This document shows, in pieces, positions 39,461 to 52,249 of a stretch of 64,000 bases of DNA (the stretch's first letter is position 1; each line of letters begins with the position of its first letter). The notes under the pieces were generated by a model, which saw only the letters and a list, made by a program, of their open reading frames with translations, did not search any database and was not told the origin of the DNA. The DNA is from Lytechinus pictus (taxonomy: Eukaryota). The stretch lies in NCBI RefSeq assembly GCF_037042905.1, contig NC_087247.1:13454001-13518000 (forward strand). Direction: 5' to 3'. Made by a program: the position numbers and the translations under genes.

Positions 39461-41156
39461 AGCATTCACTGTCCATCCAAAAGAAATTAATTCTCAACTA
39501 ATTTCAGTGATGAGTGACCCAACACCTTCCAGTCTACTCGTACCATAGCTAATGCTAGTCTACATGTAGTTGCATCCGCTTTGCACTGTGTTCTCAATCT
39601 CTTCTTACATTTCGTGGAGAAATCATCACAAAACTTGCTACTTGCATTACCCCTCTATTGAAAACGTGGTCAGGGTTGTTGTATCCTATCCCCTATGGCG
39701 TTTTTGTACAGGGAAAATCTAAACCACTCACACCAAAATTACAAGCATGTAGCTCTTTTGCGATACTTTGTCAGATTCTTGGTTTTGTGAAACATAAAGA
39801 TACCAATGTCCAGCATTCGTCTTGGTCTTTTGTCTGTAAAGGGTTTGCTCTGTCGTATGTGTAATGCAATGGCTCGGATGACTGCCGATGATATTATGAA
39901 ATAGGGGGGGAGGAAAAAATGTAACTGTTTTCGCGAAATATTTTGAACTTTGATATTCAAAAATATGTGCAAGAGGAGTAAAAAAAATGTGGAAGAGTTC
40001 TGAGAAATTAGCAAAGTTAATAATTCCAGCTTGATGTCGGGTCATTTTCCAAGCAATAATAATATATTATTTGAGATGTGCTTAAACTGTGATGGCTATC
40101 TCCAGTGTGATTATTTTTCAGCTTAGATTTCATTTTAAAAAGTTCAGTTTACGTAACTGTACCGGATCTAGATCACTTTCTGGTGAATTAAGTGTTTACT
40201 ACGACTACATTTAATGGACATAAAAACTATGTTTACTTTTTCTATCTTAAACATCTTTTTTTTTATCTTAAAATTTATCTTAAACAACATTGAAATGGAC
40301 ATCAAACTATGTTTACTTTTTTTACATTATCCCATGAATAACTAAATGGAAATTACCAATAAAAATAAGTTTTGCATTTATATTTTGCTCAAAATACTGA
40401 CCAGGAACCAATCAGAACTATTCTTTCATATTTGCAATCCATTGCAAACCTTTGTGTAACAGGTCCAATAACAAATATTCTGATGATCATAGGATTTGAA
40501 AACCAACCTTTAGACAAGCCTGCTTGACAATCATTTCACTCATTATCCCATACATGGAAGAAAGCTCAGAATATTTTAAAGGAATTGTCCTTCTATTTGT
40601 AAATATTTAAAGTATTTTTTATGAGAATGAGAAACCTGAATTTAAAACTTTACAGGAGTAGTACATGAAACAAATCATCATTCAGCAAGTATAAGAGCAA
40701 TGTGGTTGATCAACATTTTCTTACATATTATTTGGTATCATTTTTGTAATCGATAGCGCCATATTGCCCTATAGCTAGCAGAACAGCAAAAGAGTCGTTG
40801 ATTTTCAGACAATTGTTTACAAGCTACTGATTGGCTCAGGGCAAAATAGTCGGTGAGCATCACCAATAATTTGTTTCATGGAAAACTCCCCAGACATCTC
40901 AAAAGCGAAAATTGCTAACCTTGGTCATTGTTGTCACCTTTCCTGGCTGTCCCAGCAAAGTTTGTTGACCCATAGTCAGCAAGCAGGACCACAAGATGAC
41001 CATCATGCTCCGTACTGCACTGGATCCATCTTTGCATTTCCAGGCTGTCCCAGCAAAGTTCATTGACCCATCATCAGCTAGCAGCACCACAAGATGACCA
41101 TCAAGCCCTGCACTGCGCTGGATGATGGTGGATGACGGGGAGCTCCATCCTCTTGC

Positions 41157-41313
41157 GGCCCCGTTTCATAAAAAGTTTCTCAACTATTGTAACTTTGCCA
41201 TTAAGGCAACTACCATGGTAACTTTGAATATGATTGGTTGCTGAGCCATGTTACCATGGTAGTTGCCTTAATGACACCGTTACAGTAGTTGTGACTCATC
41301 ATGAAACGGGTCC
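41157..41313. mobile_element. Short palindromic MITE (Harbinger-like termini)
   Basis: GGCCCCGTTTCAT ... ATGAAACGGGTCC, palindromic body. Confidence 0.7.
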
Positions 41314-43625
41314 TAGGTGTGCTCTGCTTGATCCCAAAGCTCTGAGATTTGTCCATGAAGAACACCTGTAAAAAGAAAAGAATATGATCGATAAAATGAA
41401 CAACGATATTTCAATAGCTGTTTAAGTTTTCAATATAAAATAAAAGTTGTGGAAAAGAAAAAAAAATTGTTGTTGAGCTATTGGATTGTTCTCATGATAT
41501 TCAAAAAGAATACAATGAAAAAACATCCACTGGAAATTATGGCACTTCAAATGCAAAATCACATTCAAAATATAACGAATACCAGGTGAATTTTTGGGGC
41601 CAGCAATGTTGGTATACTAGTAATGGGGTGCAGTGCATGTGAAATAAAAAAATCAAGAACTAGTTATCTTCTCACCTGCAAGGGTGGTGCGAGGGCATGA
41701 GAGAAAACTTCACGCAACTAGAAAACTGCCCTAGTCTGAGTCTGGACAATGGGTATTCACAAAGAGGAAGCTCTGGACATTGAAGAGGTTTCACTTTCTC
41801 TTTAGAAAAGACTGTATGTCCACAAACAAGAGCCACTTAACAGTGTAAGTAGAGCTACATATTTTTTTACTTTTTACTCATCATTCTATGTATGAATGAT
41901 GCCCAATGTTTCTAAACAAAAGTTGGTAGTCATTTTAGCAGTCTTGAGTATCATTGAAGTAATATTGTTTGTATGAACTGTATTTTTGTATTATTTTTAC
42001 TGGAAAATGCATATCATGCACACAGTAGAGATCTCAAGACTGATAGAACTAAGTGTGCCCAGATCATCATGGAAGGATACGATGAGGAGGAACAGTCTGT
42101 CTTAGAAATCTTTCCAATATGTCGGCAGAAACGTAAAGGGTATGAATTTGGAGGACACAGTCCTGATCACTTTACAGGAGCTGCTGCAGGGGTCTGGCCA
42201 ACAGATGCTCCATCTGCAGCAGGCCATCTGACCACAAACACCTGTCTTTGCAACCTCTGTGGAAGGGGCAATGGTGGACGTCAGAACTAAAATTTTAAAA
42301 GACGTGCACGATCATTAGCAAGATCCTGGAAGTTGCCATGCAAGGTAGCGATGAAGAAAAGCCTCCACATGTCATGCCATCACGATCCTTCCAACCCAGC
42401 TCTGCATCCCCTGCTCGTCCTCTCCAAAGTACATAGAGCAGTGGTTGCCCGCCCCTGACCTGTGGAAAAGCACCATACCACCAATGGTCACGACCAACTG
42501 TGTCCCTACTTACAAGCCAAGGACTGCGGTTACATGGAGAGGTACAAAAGCAGAGTGATCGACAAGATCCTGTTACCTAAATCTGGGTCCACTGCAGTTC
42601 TCTAAGCATCTGCAATACCCCCAACTGCAGCTACATCAATACCCCCAGCAGCAACATCAGCAACATGAGCACCACAATCATCATCAACATCAGAATGAAC
42701 AGCAGGAGCAACACCACATCAAGCAGCAGCAGAGAGTGCCTAACATCATCGGCAGTGCTCAACAAGTAATCCCCACAAGCTGCAAAAGGAGGCTCACAGA
42801 TATGGCCAACATCTCGCATTATTGGAGACTTCTTCGACCCTAGTCCAGATAGACCCCAGGGATTTGCTGGTAGTAGTAGTCAAGATATGGAGGGACTAGG
42901 GAGTAGCGGAAACTCTAAACAATGAAAGTTGTGGTTATTAAATGTATATTATCCAACTTTAATACAATGAGGACGTGTCTGCCAATTTTACACATCTTAA
43001 ACAGGAAAGGTACATGTAGGTTATTGATTTTTTTTCTGCAAGAAAAATAATGCGTTTAGTGGTTGTCCATTCTTTATAATGGATTTTGTCATTGAAAAGT
43101 GCAAGTTTGTTACAAGTTGTATGATACAATGCATTTTGTGTTTGCCCATTTCGCATGCAGTTTATAAAGAGCTTCTGGCCAGTCGAGGGCATCTCTGTAC
43201 ACTGTAGGTTGTATTCAGTTTGGTGATCTTCTGTCAACTCTTGTTAGCAGAATATTGAATGTCTCTGGTGGCATTCTTATAAAAAAAAATTGAATGCTGC
43301 CTGGTCTTTGGTACAAAGTTCAACAAGAAACAGGTCATACAGGCCAAACTGTACAAAACATACTAAGCTTGTTGTACGCGAGCAAATGGAAGACTGAATG
43401 TCAAACCTTTGTATCATCCAAAATATACCGTCCATAATGTAGCGTTGCATGGTCAGGAACAAGGTGACGTCACTATTCATTGCGCTAGGTAAAATGTGTG
43501 CTATGTAGCGCTATGTAAGGAAGTGTCAAAAATTAGGTATGCCAGTGAAAACAGGGCCGAGGCCTAGGTAAAGAGCTAAACCTAACTTTTGGATTTATTT
43601 ATTTGGCTTTTACAATCTGATTACC

Positions 43626-44620
43626 ATGGCAACACCTACACTTGCACTGTAAACAAATCTAGAATTGGAGGAGCTTGTGTCCGACGGTGATGCAAAAAAC
43701 ACAAAAATCTAGTATCAAGTCTGCTAAATGTCGACTGAAAGAATTTGCTAAATGTGCTGAGGACATGGATAAACTATCAAAAGATGAGTTAGACAGGTTT
43801 CTTTGTTGCTACTATGCCAGTCTTAGAAAGGAAGGGGGCTTTCTATGCCAAAAACAATGCATGCCATTACATTTGGCGTTTCAAATCTGTGAGAGGTGTG
43901 GATATTTCAGACAAGGCAAATTTCCCAGAAAGTCAGAAAATCTACAAGGCCATTATGATATATTTGAAAAAGGAGGGCAAAGGATATGTTCAACACAAAA
44001 CTGATATCTGAACTGATAAGGCAAAACAACTCAATCAGATGCAGTGGACATAAACATACCCCTTGAATTACATAACAAAGCGTTCCATGATGTCATGACA
44101 TATTTCGGACAAAGAGGTCGTGAAAATCTTCACCTCATGAAACTTGATAATTATGTTTTGCAAACTGACGAAGATAGAGTTCATAATATTGAGTATTGCG
44201 ACATGCAAACAAATTAATCAAGACAAGAAAATGAAGATGAAAAGTTTGGTGGACGAATGTATGAGGTGCAAGGATCTGAAAGATATCCATTACTCTCATT
44301 AATGACATACTAGTATCTAACTTTGCTGAATCCCGACCTGACACACTTCTGGCAAAGGCCAAAATCCAAGACCCTGGAAAATGGACCCTGCTATGACAAA
44401 CACCTCTCGAATTAAACAGTTCAGAAAACAAAATGAAAACATCGCCAAGAGTGCTGGGTGCACAAATCACTACACCAACCATAGCCTGCAGGCAACTACA
44501 GTGACCATACTCTATCAAGCGGGCATTGCTTCCCGAGATATCATGAAAGTAACTGGAAATAGATCAGAAACATCTCTTTAAGAACTATGTCAAGACAAGC
44601 AAGAAGAAGAAAGGAGAAAT
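43626..44620 (+). pseudogene. Crypton-type tyrosine recombinase (DUF3504/KCTD1-ZMYM-like) pseudogene
   Basis: ELDRFLCCYYASLRK; FGQRGRENL; YTNHSLQATTVTILYQAGIASRDIMKVTGNRSETSL (decayed HxxR...GH motif); several frameshifts and stops. Confidence 0.85.
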
Positions 44621-47350
44621 AAGTGCCCAAATTCTCTGTCTGGTGTCTTGGACACAATGAATCACCAGTTCCATGCGACTCTGCTGATGTTGGAGAACTG
44701 TGATTTTGTAATATAGCGATTAATTGCACCTCAGGATCATCCATCGTCTAGGGTGGTCCTTCAAGAAAAATATCAGTACTAACCTTGGTCATCACCCATG
44801 AGGGCTGGAGGAGAAGTGATGAGAAAGTGATGCAGGACCCGCCTATGACTACATGCCACGTGCACGGGTATACGATTGGAATGTTAGACGTGCATTAGAG
44901 ACCGCAGAATGTGTGCTCTGCATAAGTTAGGCATAGGCTACTGTCCAGCATCCTTCATGTGTTTAATAAGCTCTGTGCAAACCAGACGCACGTAGCGGAT
45001 GACGGTGAATACACCACGTTGGTCCCACGGCCAACGCACTCGATAAATGCTTAACATACAATGACACACTACTAGCGAATGACAACGCAATGGCAAAATC
45101 TGCAAAATTTCAATGCGCAGGCTGTGCATCCTCTGTGAGTCACCTATATGTGACTGCCAGATGCGCTGGAACAAGAAAATTTAAGTACACAAATTGTTGA
45201 AAAATACCACCCTATGGTCCCTAACTCCCTATTAAACAGGGACAGTTGACAGGTATAATGAGTGCATTTCAAAATACATTGTGACATCCCTGATTCTGAG
45301 AGGTTGATTGACCGAACTGTGGTCACAGCGTACTAACAACATGCATTAATCGCAGTGTTTCTCTTTCAAAGTGATTACAAACCTCATTTAAACACTACAG
45401 TTTCCTGGAGTCTCACTTACAGTTCTTCTGCTTAATCCTTACCTTTCCCTGCACTTGGGACTCTTCATTCAATATTTCTTAAATTTTTCTAAATTCTTAC
45501 TCATTGCCCACGCTATCTTTGTATGTCTCAGAAATAAGTGGTTTACCCACAATCCACTCATGATAATTAACCGTCATGGCACGGGTAATGTGAAATGAAC
45601 TACATGTAAATGTAAAAAAGAATTCACTCACCTTCCTGAGTTGGTCCTGAGGATTGAAAACTCCTTTCCTGCTCCTACTGTACTGTTAATATCTCCTCAT
45701 TTGGGTCTGGATCTGAAAGCAATAATTCATAATTATAGTAATTCACTAATAACTCATAACCTTATTTACCCAATGACAACTGTATTATTTCATATTTTCA
45801 TTATCATAAACTTAACTCAAGGACAGAAATGAAAGGACTTGTCAGAGCGTTTCATGAAAGGACTGGTTGGACGTTTTATCCAACAAGTCCCATTTTATCT
45901 GACAGTTACCATAGTAATAAATAGGGATACTAAGCCAAACAAAATCAAGAAAATTTGTCAGAACTCACAACTTGTTGGACAGAAATGTTGGTGAAACGCT
46001 CCCCAGGTCTCGCAAATTATGCACGAGACTCCCGCAAGGCCGCATGACTGACTTTCTCATCCCCTCAAATTTATTTCTCATGCATGTATGTATCACAGCC
46101 TATCCCCAATACAATGCCTGTGATCTCAGGCCAAATCACAGAATATCTCACGCATAGCTGGGTCTTTGAACTTGGCATCCCTGCAAGGAATACCTAGCTG
46201 GCCTACATGTATTACACAAATTTGTTTGTGGAGTCTTGTGTTACTATGCCTAAGTTAAAGAGGCAGTTACTCACTATTCCAGGATTTAAAATAAAAATGA
46301 CTGATTCAGCTAAATCAGTCATACATCAGGAATAGCCAGAGCCAAGGGGAAATACATAATTCAGTAGTCAACACATATATCGCCACTCTGGCGCATAAAT
46401 CCCGCTTCAACCAGTCTAGCGTGCGGGATATTTTAGCATCGAGGTGAGATTCATATTTATCGGCCGATGCAAGTACTCTTTATCTAGCACTGCTCATGAT
46501 GTTGCCGCCATCTAGCTCTATATGCGTCTTGTAGCTAGGCTACGATAACAAAGACGGCAAGATGGCGACAATAACATCTGTGAGTAACTGCTCATCTTCT
46601 TCTTTATAATATTTTTCTTACTTTTGATATTAATTTTCATTGAAAAAAATAATTGATTACTTCCTAGGCTAAGGGGGGAAATTAAGTTGTAGCCCATTTA
46701 CATAACTATTAACTTAGGGCAAGAAATCTTCTTGGGGGGAGGCTAGAAATTTTGATTTTTTTTTTTTTTAGGAGGCTTAATCGTGGGAATAATGACGGTG
46801 TGTGTACATGAATGGGACGCAATCCCTGGCTCCGTGGAGAGTAAGCACACTTTAGTGAATGATTTTTACTCTCTAGGAGCCTCCTGGCTAGTCTAACACA
46901 GAACATTCCTATTTTCGTTACATCTTGATCTACAGTAAAACCCCACATTATTGAGACACAATTACTTGACTCTAGTCTAAATCCAAGTATTAAATACCAT
47001 TATTAAACTTTAAAGGGGGGAGAGGAAAGAGGAAAAATAATATTAAAAGAGAGGAGACAAAAGTAACATTTTAATTAAATTCTAATCAAAATAGAAAATT
47101 TAAAAAATGGAAAGAAAAATAATAAATCACCTAGAGTAGACACCAGATCTGCGACTGCAGTATTTTATTATTCATTTACTAAATTTATTTCTAAAGAAAA
47201 CAAAATCAAATAATACTAATAGTCAAATTGACTGGTTACAAAAAAACATGAAGACGTAGACCCCCTCCCCCCCCCCCCCCCCCGGCCCCTCATGCCTCAG
47301 ACTCTAAAATTAAAGTAAAGTTCTTATGCAACTAACTCGGAAACAACCTG

Positions 47351-48210
47351 GGGCGGTATTCTGAGGTCATTTTATCTTTAAAATATCTTATTTTATCTCT
47401 TAAAATGAAATTGGTATTCTGAAATGACATTTTATCTCTCAGATAAAATTTAAAATTTTATCTTGCATATATATAAATTTTATCTTGCGTATTATAGATG
47501 ATTCGCGACAGAGCAGTGCCTGCGTAGACTTACCAATCGAGTATTTTACCATTGCAATGCGAATAGTGTGCTTGCGCCCATGTTACTTTGAAGAAAACAT
47601 AAAATAAACTTAGAGAGGGTAGGGGCTATTTTATCTACGTGACATTGTTTTCATCAATATTTCTAGGTGAATTAATTCCAAATGTTGACATGAAAATGAG
47701 GAAAAATTATATATTTGAGAATAACATCTTGACGTTATTCCTGTACAATCAGGAATTATTTCTTAAGACTTTTCTTGACTATCGTCTTTGAAATGCTTGA
47801 AAAGATGCGATATAGACTTTAAAAAAATATGAGCAGATGACTCTCAGATGAGTATTGTCATTTTTTTTTAAAAGAAATCTCTGTAAAGACGCGCAAGTGT
47901 ATTTCAAGTCAATAAATTGACGCAATCTCACTCCTTTGCTACACCTCCTGGCTGAATGGATTTCCATTGGTTGAGTGAGATGAGAGAGCTATAAAACGCA
48001 TTTCTCATTGGATATTGATTAAAAAATAGGTGTGTCTGTCTATGACTATGTCTTACAAGTTACAGTACTGTTACAGCTCTAAAATTGTTCTAATCTCAGA
48101 ATACCAATTCAGAGAGATTTTAGGGGTACTTTAACTCACTGATTTCAATGGAGATAAAAATTAAAATATTATATTTTATCTGAGATAAAATGGATCTCAG
48201 AATACTACCC
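47351..48210. mobile_element. Harbinger-type MITE, 3-bp TSD
   Basis: CTG|GGGCGGTATTCTGAG ... CTCAGAATACTACCC|CTG. Confidence 0.8.
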
Positions 48211-48214
48211 CTGG

Positions 48215-49195
48215 CAGTAGAGGCGCACGGCCAATATGGGAGACTATCTCCAATAGGGGAGACAATCTCCCACATTGGAGACTTGCTTTGCAAAAGGACA
48301 AAAGAAACAACACCAACAAAAGCATGATTTTTTCCACCCAAAATTTTGTCTCACTTATACCCTTTTTACACACGCTGAAATTTCCTTAACCCCGTACTAT
48401 AGGTGGGGCTAAATTGCCATTTAGCCCCACCTATAGTACGGGGTTAAGCTTAGCCCACTTTCTTTTTACACAGCATTTTTGCAAAGTGGGCTAACCCCAC
48501 CTTTAGTACGGGATTATTTGGCCCTGCAAAAAAGCAGGGTTATCCCAGCAATTGCGGTGCTAAGAGCGATAGTACGGGGTTAAGATCGCTAGTGTAAAAC
48601 GAAAGTGGGCTAAGCTTAACCCCGTACTATAGGTGGGGCTAAATGGCAATTTAGCCCCACCTATAGTACGGGGTTAAGGAAATTTTAGCGTGCGTAAAAA
48701 GGTATGAGTGAATGAGCTACCACTAATCCGGGGTTAGCGAGTTTCGTGTGTGAAAAGCAAGCATTCCTTATCCGGGGTTAGCAATAACAATTTGGCATGT
48801 GTGAAAAGGAAAAAAAATAGTACGGGGTTAAGGATAGTACGGGGTTAGCGATAGTCCGGGGCTAAGAAAATCCTGTGTAAAAAGGGTATAAGGTCAGAAG
48901 CCCATTTGTTTTGTGTGTGATTGACAACAAAAATCCTTATCAAAACAAAAGTAGACGGTGAATTTTTAAAGTAGACGGCGAAAAGGGGTAATTTTTCATG
49001 AGGGATCTGCTTATCACATTTTTATTTGCCGCCAAGGTAATCCTTTTGCAGCAAATGTAAACAAAGGAAATTGGTCTCCAAAACTGGAGACTGTCTCTGA
49101 AATTGGATACCCAAATTCTTTACAAAAGTCTCTGATATTGGAGATAATCTCCCACATTGGAGACAGTCTCCAATATTGGCCGTGCGCCTCTACTG
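48215..49195. mobile_element. TIR element with apparent 5-bp CCTGG TSD
   Basis: CCTGG|CAGTAGAGGCGCACGGCCAATAT ... ATATTGGCCGTGCGCCTCTACTG|CCTGG. Confidence 0.85.
48358..48888. mobile_element. Nested MITE built from TAGTACGGGGTTAAG repeats and internal palindromes
   Basis: TA|TACCCTTTTTACAC ... GTGTAAAAAGGGTA|TA; ~62-nt hairpins at ~48386-48448 and ~48615-48678. Confidence 0.85.
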
Positions 49196-49229
49196 CCTGG
49201 CCTGGGGCAGATAGTCTCTGACTGTAGAT

Positions 49230-49752
49230 TAACCAAAGGGAGCTACCGCCCGCACAGCGGGCGGGAGCCCAGGGGCTTACCGTGTATTTTACCATACTCG
49301 CGGGACTAGGGTGATTTATGGTCTAAATATTTCTCCAAATGAATTGTGAAAACAGAAATTATGCACTTACCACGATTATAATATGGATATAGGTCTAACG
49401 AGTGACAGTTTCCTGACATCTGGGCACAAACTGGAACCTCAAAAAAACGAAAAGTTCTCTCCTTCTACCCCAGTCTCGATCAGCCATTTTGTTACAATTC
49501 ATAACAAAAATGGCCGATCGAGACGGGGGTAGAAGGAGAGAACTTTTCGTTTTTTGAGGTTCCAGTCTGTGCCCAGATGTCAGGAAACTGTCACTCGTTA
49601 GACCTAGGCCTATATCCATATAATCGTGGTAAGTGCATAATTTCTGTTTTCACAATTCATTTGGAGAAATATTTAGACCATAAATCACCCTAGTCCCGCG
49701 AGTATGGTAAAATACACGTATTACACGGTAAGCCCCTGGGCTCCCTGGGTTA
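49230..49752. mobile_element. Mutator-like fold-back element, 9-bp TSD
   Basis: ACTGTAGAT|TAACC ... GGTTA|ACTGTAGAT; ~230-bp near-perfect inverted arms. Confidence 0.9.
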
Positions 49753-51136
49753 ACTGTAGATATGAAGAGCGCCATCACAACTCCAACACCAATCAACGTG
49801 CAACCAACCAACCAACCCCGAGATGAGCACATGGGACTACTACAGTACCGGTACCGTGGCTGGGCTACACAATTCGAGAATCAGAATTTATGATAATTAT
49901 CATGACTTCATACCACATACCATTTCATCATACACAATTCAAGAGTACCAACTTTATCTCGATTGATGAATCAGGTACACTTACCTCTAATTTACTCTAA
50001 AAGAAACAAATTTTTCGACAAGTCAGCGACAGCGCTCCTTTGACTTTGTTTGAACTTGGCGCGGCGGTCATCTTGTCGTCGGGTACGGTATACGGGTGAT
50101 GGTATCGGGAATGTATCGGCAATCATTTTCAGAATTTTCTGCCTTAATTGTCTTTCTTTCTCAGCTCCCAGACTCCCAGTGGCCAGTTCACAGCTTCATA
50201 TTCAATATCTAGTTTATTTATGGAAAATATCTCAATATAAAAAATCGCAAAATAAGACATTCTCATGATTTAAGCGACAAATGCAAGTCAGAGGATTCTT
50301 TACTCTTTTCGTGTTCAGGGGTTCAGAAGTCCTAGTTTTGAAAAGTTGCTAAATGGCATGGGCAAGGAAAATGTCTCTAGATTTTCATTTCCGTGGGGCA
50401 GCAAATGCAACCGCGGTTCTTGGACATGGTAATATGTAAAATATTGTGTGTGAATACATGCAACATGTTGCCATCGCTGAATTCTGCTCCTGAACTCAAA
50501 ATCAAAATAATAATATGCGAAATCGTACCATTGATTCGACTGGACATTCCGCCATTCCGTGTGCCCATATAATAGAGGAGGGGGAGGGCCACACGCACTG
50601 AACTAGAGTTCAGTGGCCACACGGTGGCACAACGTTCGAGGTGGATAAAATAAGCTCCACCTCTATGGGTACCATGTGCAATGAGGTACTATGTCTCGCA
50701 ATATTATTGGAGGATGGGGATGGGCCCGGGGGATTGGGTGGGCGGAGTATTAGAAATGCGTGCTTTTGGGCGCTTTGCTAAAGTGAACGCCCATATAGCG
50801 GTATGCGTCAAGTTCTCTGAAATTATTAGTACTCAAAAACAATAAAGTAGTTGCACCCGGAAGTACAGAATTCTTTATTAGGCATATTATTGTTCATCCA
50901 CTAGCTGGAATTTCAATATATTTTTTTAATGATTGATGTGTATTTTTTAAATATTTTTTTTCAAGAACTAGCTGGTATAACTATCTGAGAAGGGGGCAGA
51001 GTGGGAGTGGTCTTCAAGGGGAGGTGCTAAATCCCGGATCCAAGTGCCCCCCCCCCCCGCCGCGACCCGGGAATTCGGGAAATGAGGGTTGTAGAACACA
51101 AGAAAACAGTCCTCACTTTCGTAAATAATTTATTAA

Positions 51137-51622
51137 AGGGGTACTCCAGGATGAAAGTAATAAGATATGCGCAAATAAAGTACAATCACACAAACAAAGC
51201 ACTGAAAATTTCATCAAAATAGACAAAGAATAACAAAGTTAATTAAGTTTCGTATCAATATTTTGCTGAAATATCCCTACCTATATATTCATCAACCTTC
51301 GTCCTCCAATAATGAAAAAAAATCTTATTAAAATGAGTAGGCCTAAGGAAATCACTGCATTACTTTTTCATAGTTATGATTTCATGCAATAACATAATAA
51401 ATGAAAATGGGGACGTGAAATCATTAGCCCACCTATTTCATATTTATGACAGCGTGCATAGGCTCTTTATAAGTATTTTCACAAAATTTTAGTAAATTTT
51501 ACAATTCAATGACCTCATTAAATTTTGTTATCATATTTAAATAATATTTTCAGCATTTTGTTTGGTGAATTTTACTATGTTTATATAGATTATATAATAA
51601 TTTTCAGCCCGGTATACCCCCT
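51137..51622. mobile_element. TTAA-targeting MITE (Kolobok/T2 type)
   Basis: TTAA|AGGGGTACTCCAGG ... CCCGGTATACCCCCT; related copy ~60210-61043. Confidence 0.7.
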
Positions 51623-52249
51623 TTTTATTTCTGTGCATTGTTTTACCTGGAAATCATTTTGTAAACATTATTCTGACTAAACACGCTTGATTGAGTGCTT
51701 TAATACGCCGAATTGTCTGAATAACTGTTTTATCTCGAAAAAAAAGAGCATAAAATAAGAATATAACGACTGGATTAATTAGCTATAGTGTTCCAGACAT
51801 CCTGTATTGCTGGGCTGTTCCATGCTTGCACTTAAAAGTCTACCATAACACCCGGCTATAACACCTACATGTACCTGCACATCCGGCCCAGCTCACAAGA
51901 ATGCGATTCCATTTGCAGTGATCTGGGAACGATTTTCTAAGTGGGTTTCTCAGTGGTTTAATTGTTAATAAAAAATCAACAACAACAACCCAAATAATTA
52001 AAAAATCGTCACTCCTAAATGAAGGTGGAGTTTGTGCCCTCCACCCAAAGGAATTGTTACTGTAGGCATGTTAATTTTGTATAGCATAATTATCATACCA
52101 ACCAAATTTCCCTCAATACCCCCGCTTCCAGGGTATGTACAAAACCCATATATAAGCAAATCTGCAGTCCTGTAGGCGGATACTCGAGCATTCAGAAGTT
52201 TTCCGCCAAACTCCAAGATGTTGGTGCCTCCTATGAATTGATCTATATA

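Larger units (their letters stand above)
20600..50080 (-). ncRNA. Putative spliced long non-coding or pseudogene transcript
   Basis: Minus-strand exon candidates with canonical splice signals: ~50080-49985, 45712-45632, 41365-~40938, 38819-38658, 28689-28531, 24875-24651; AATAAA at 20620-20615; no continuous ORF. Confidence 0.45.
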
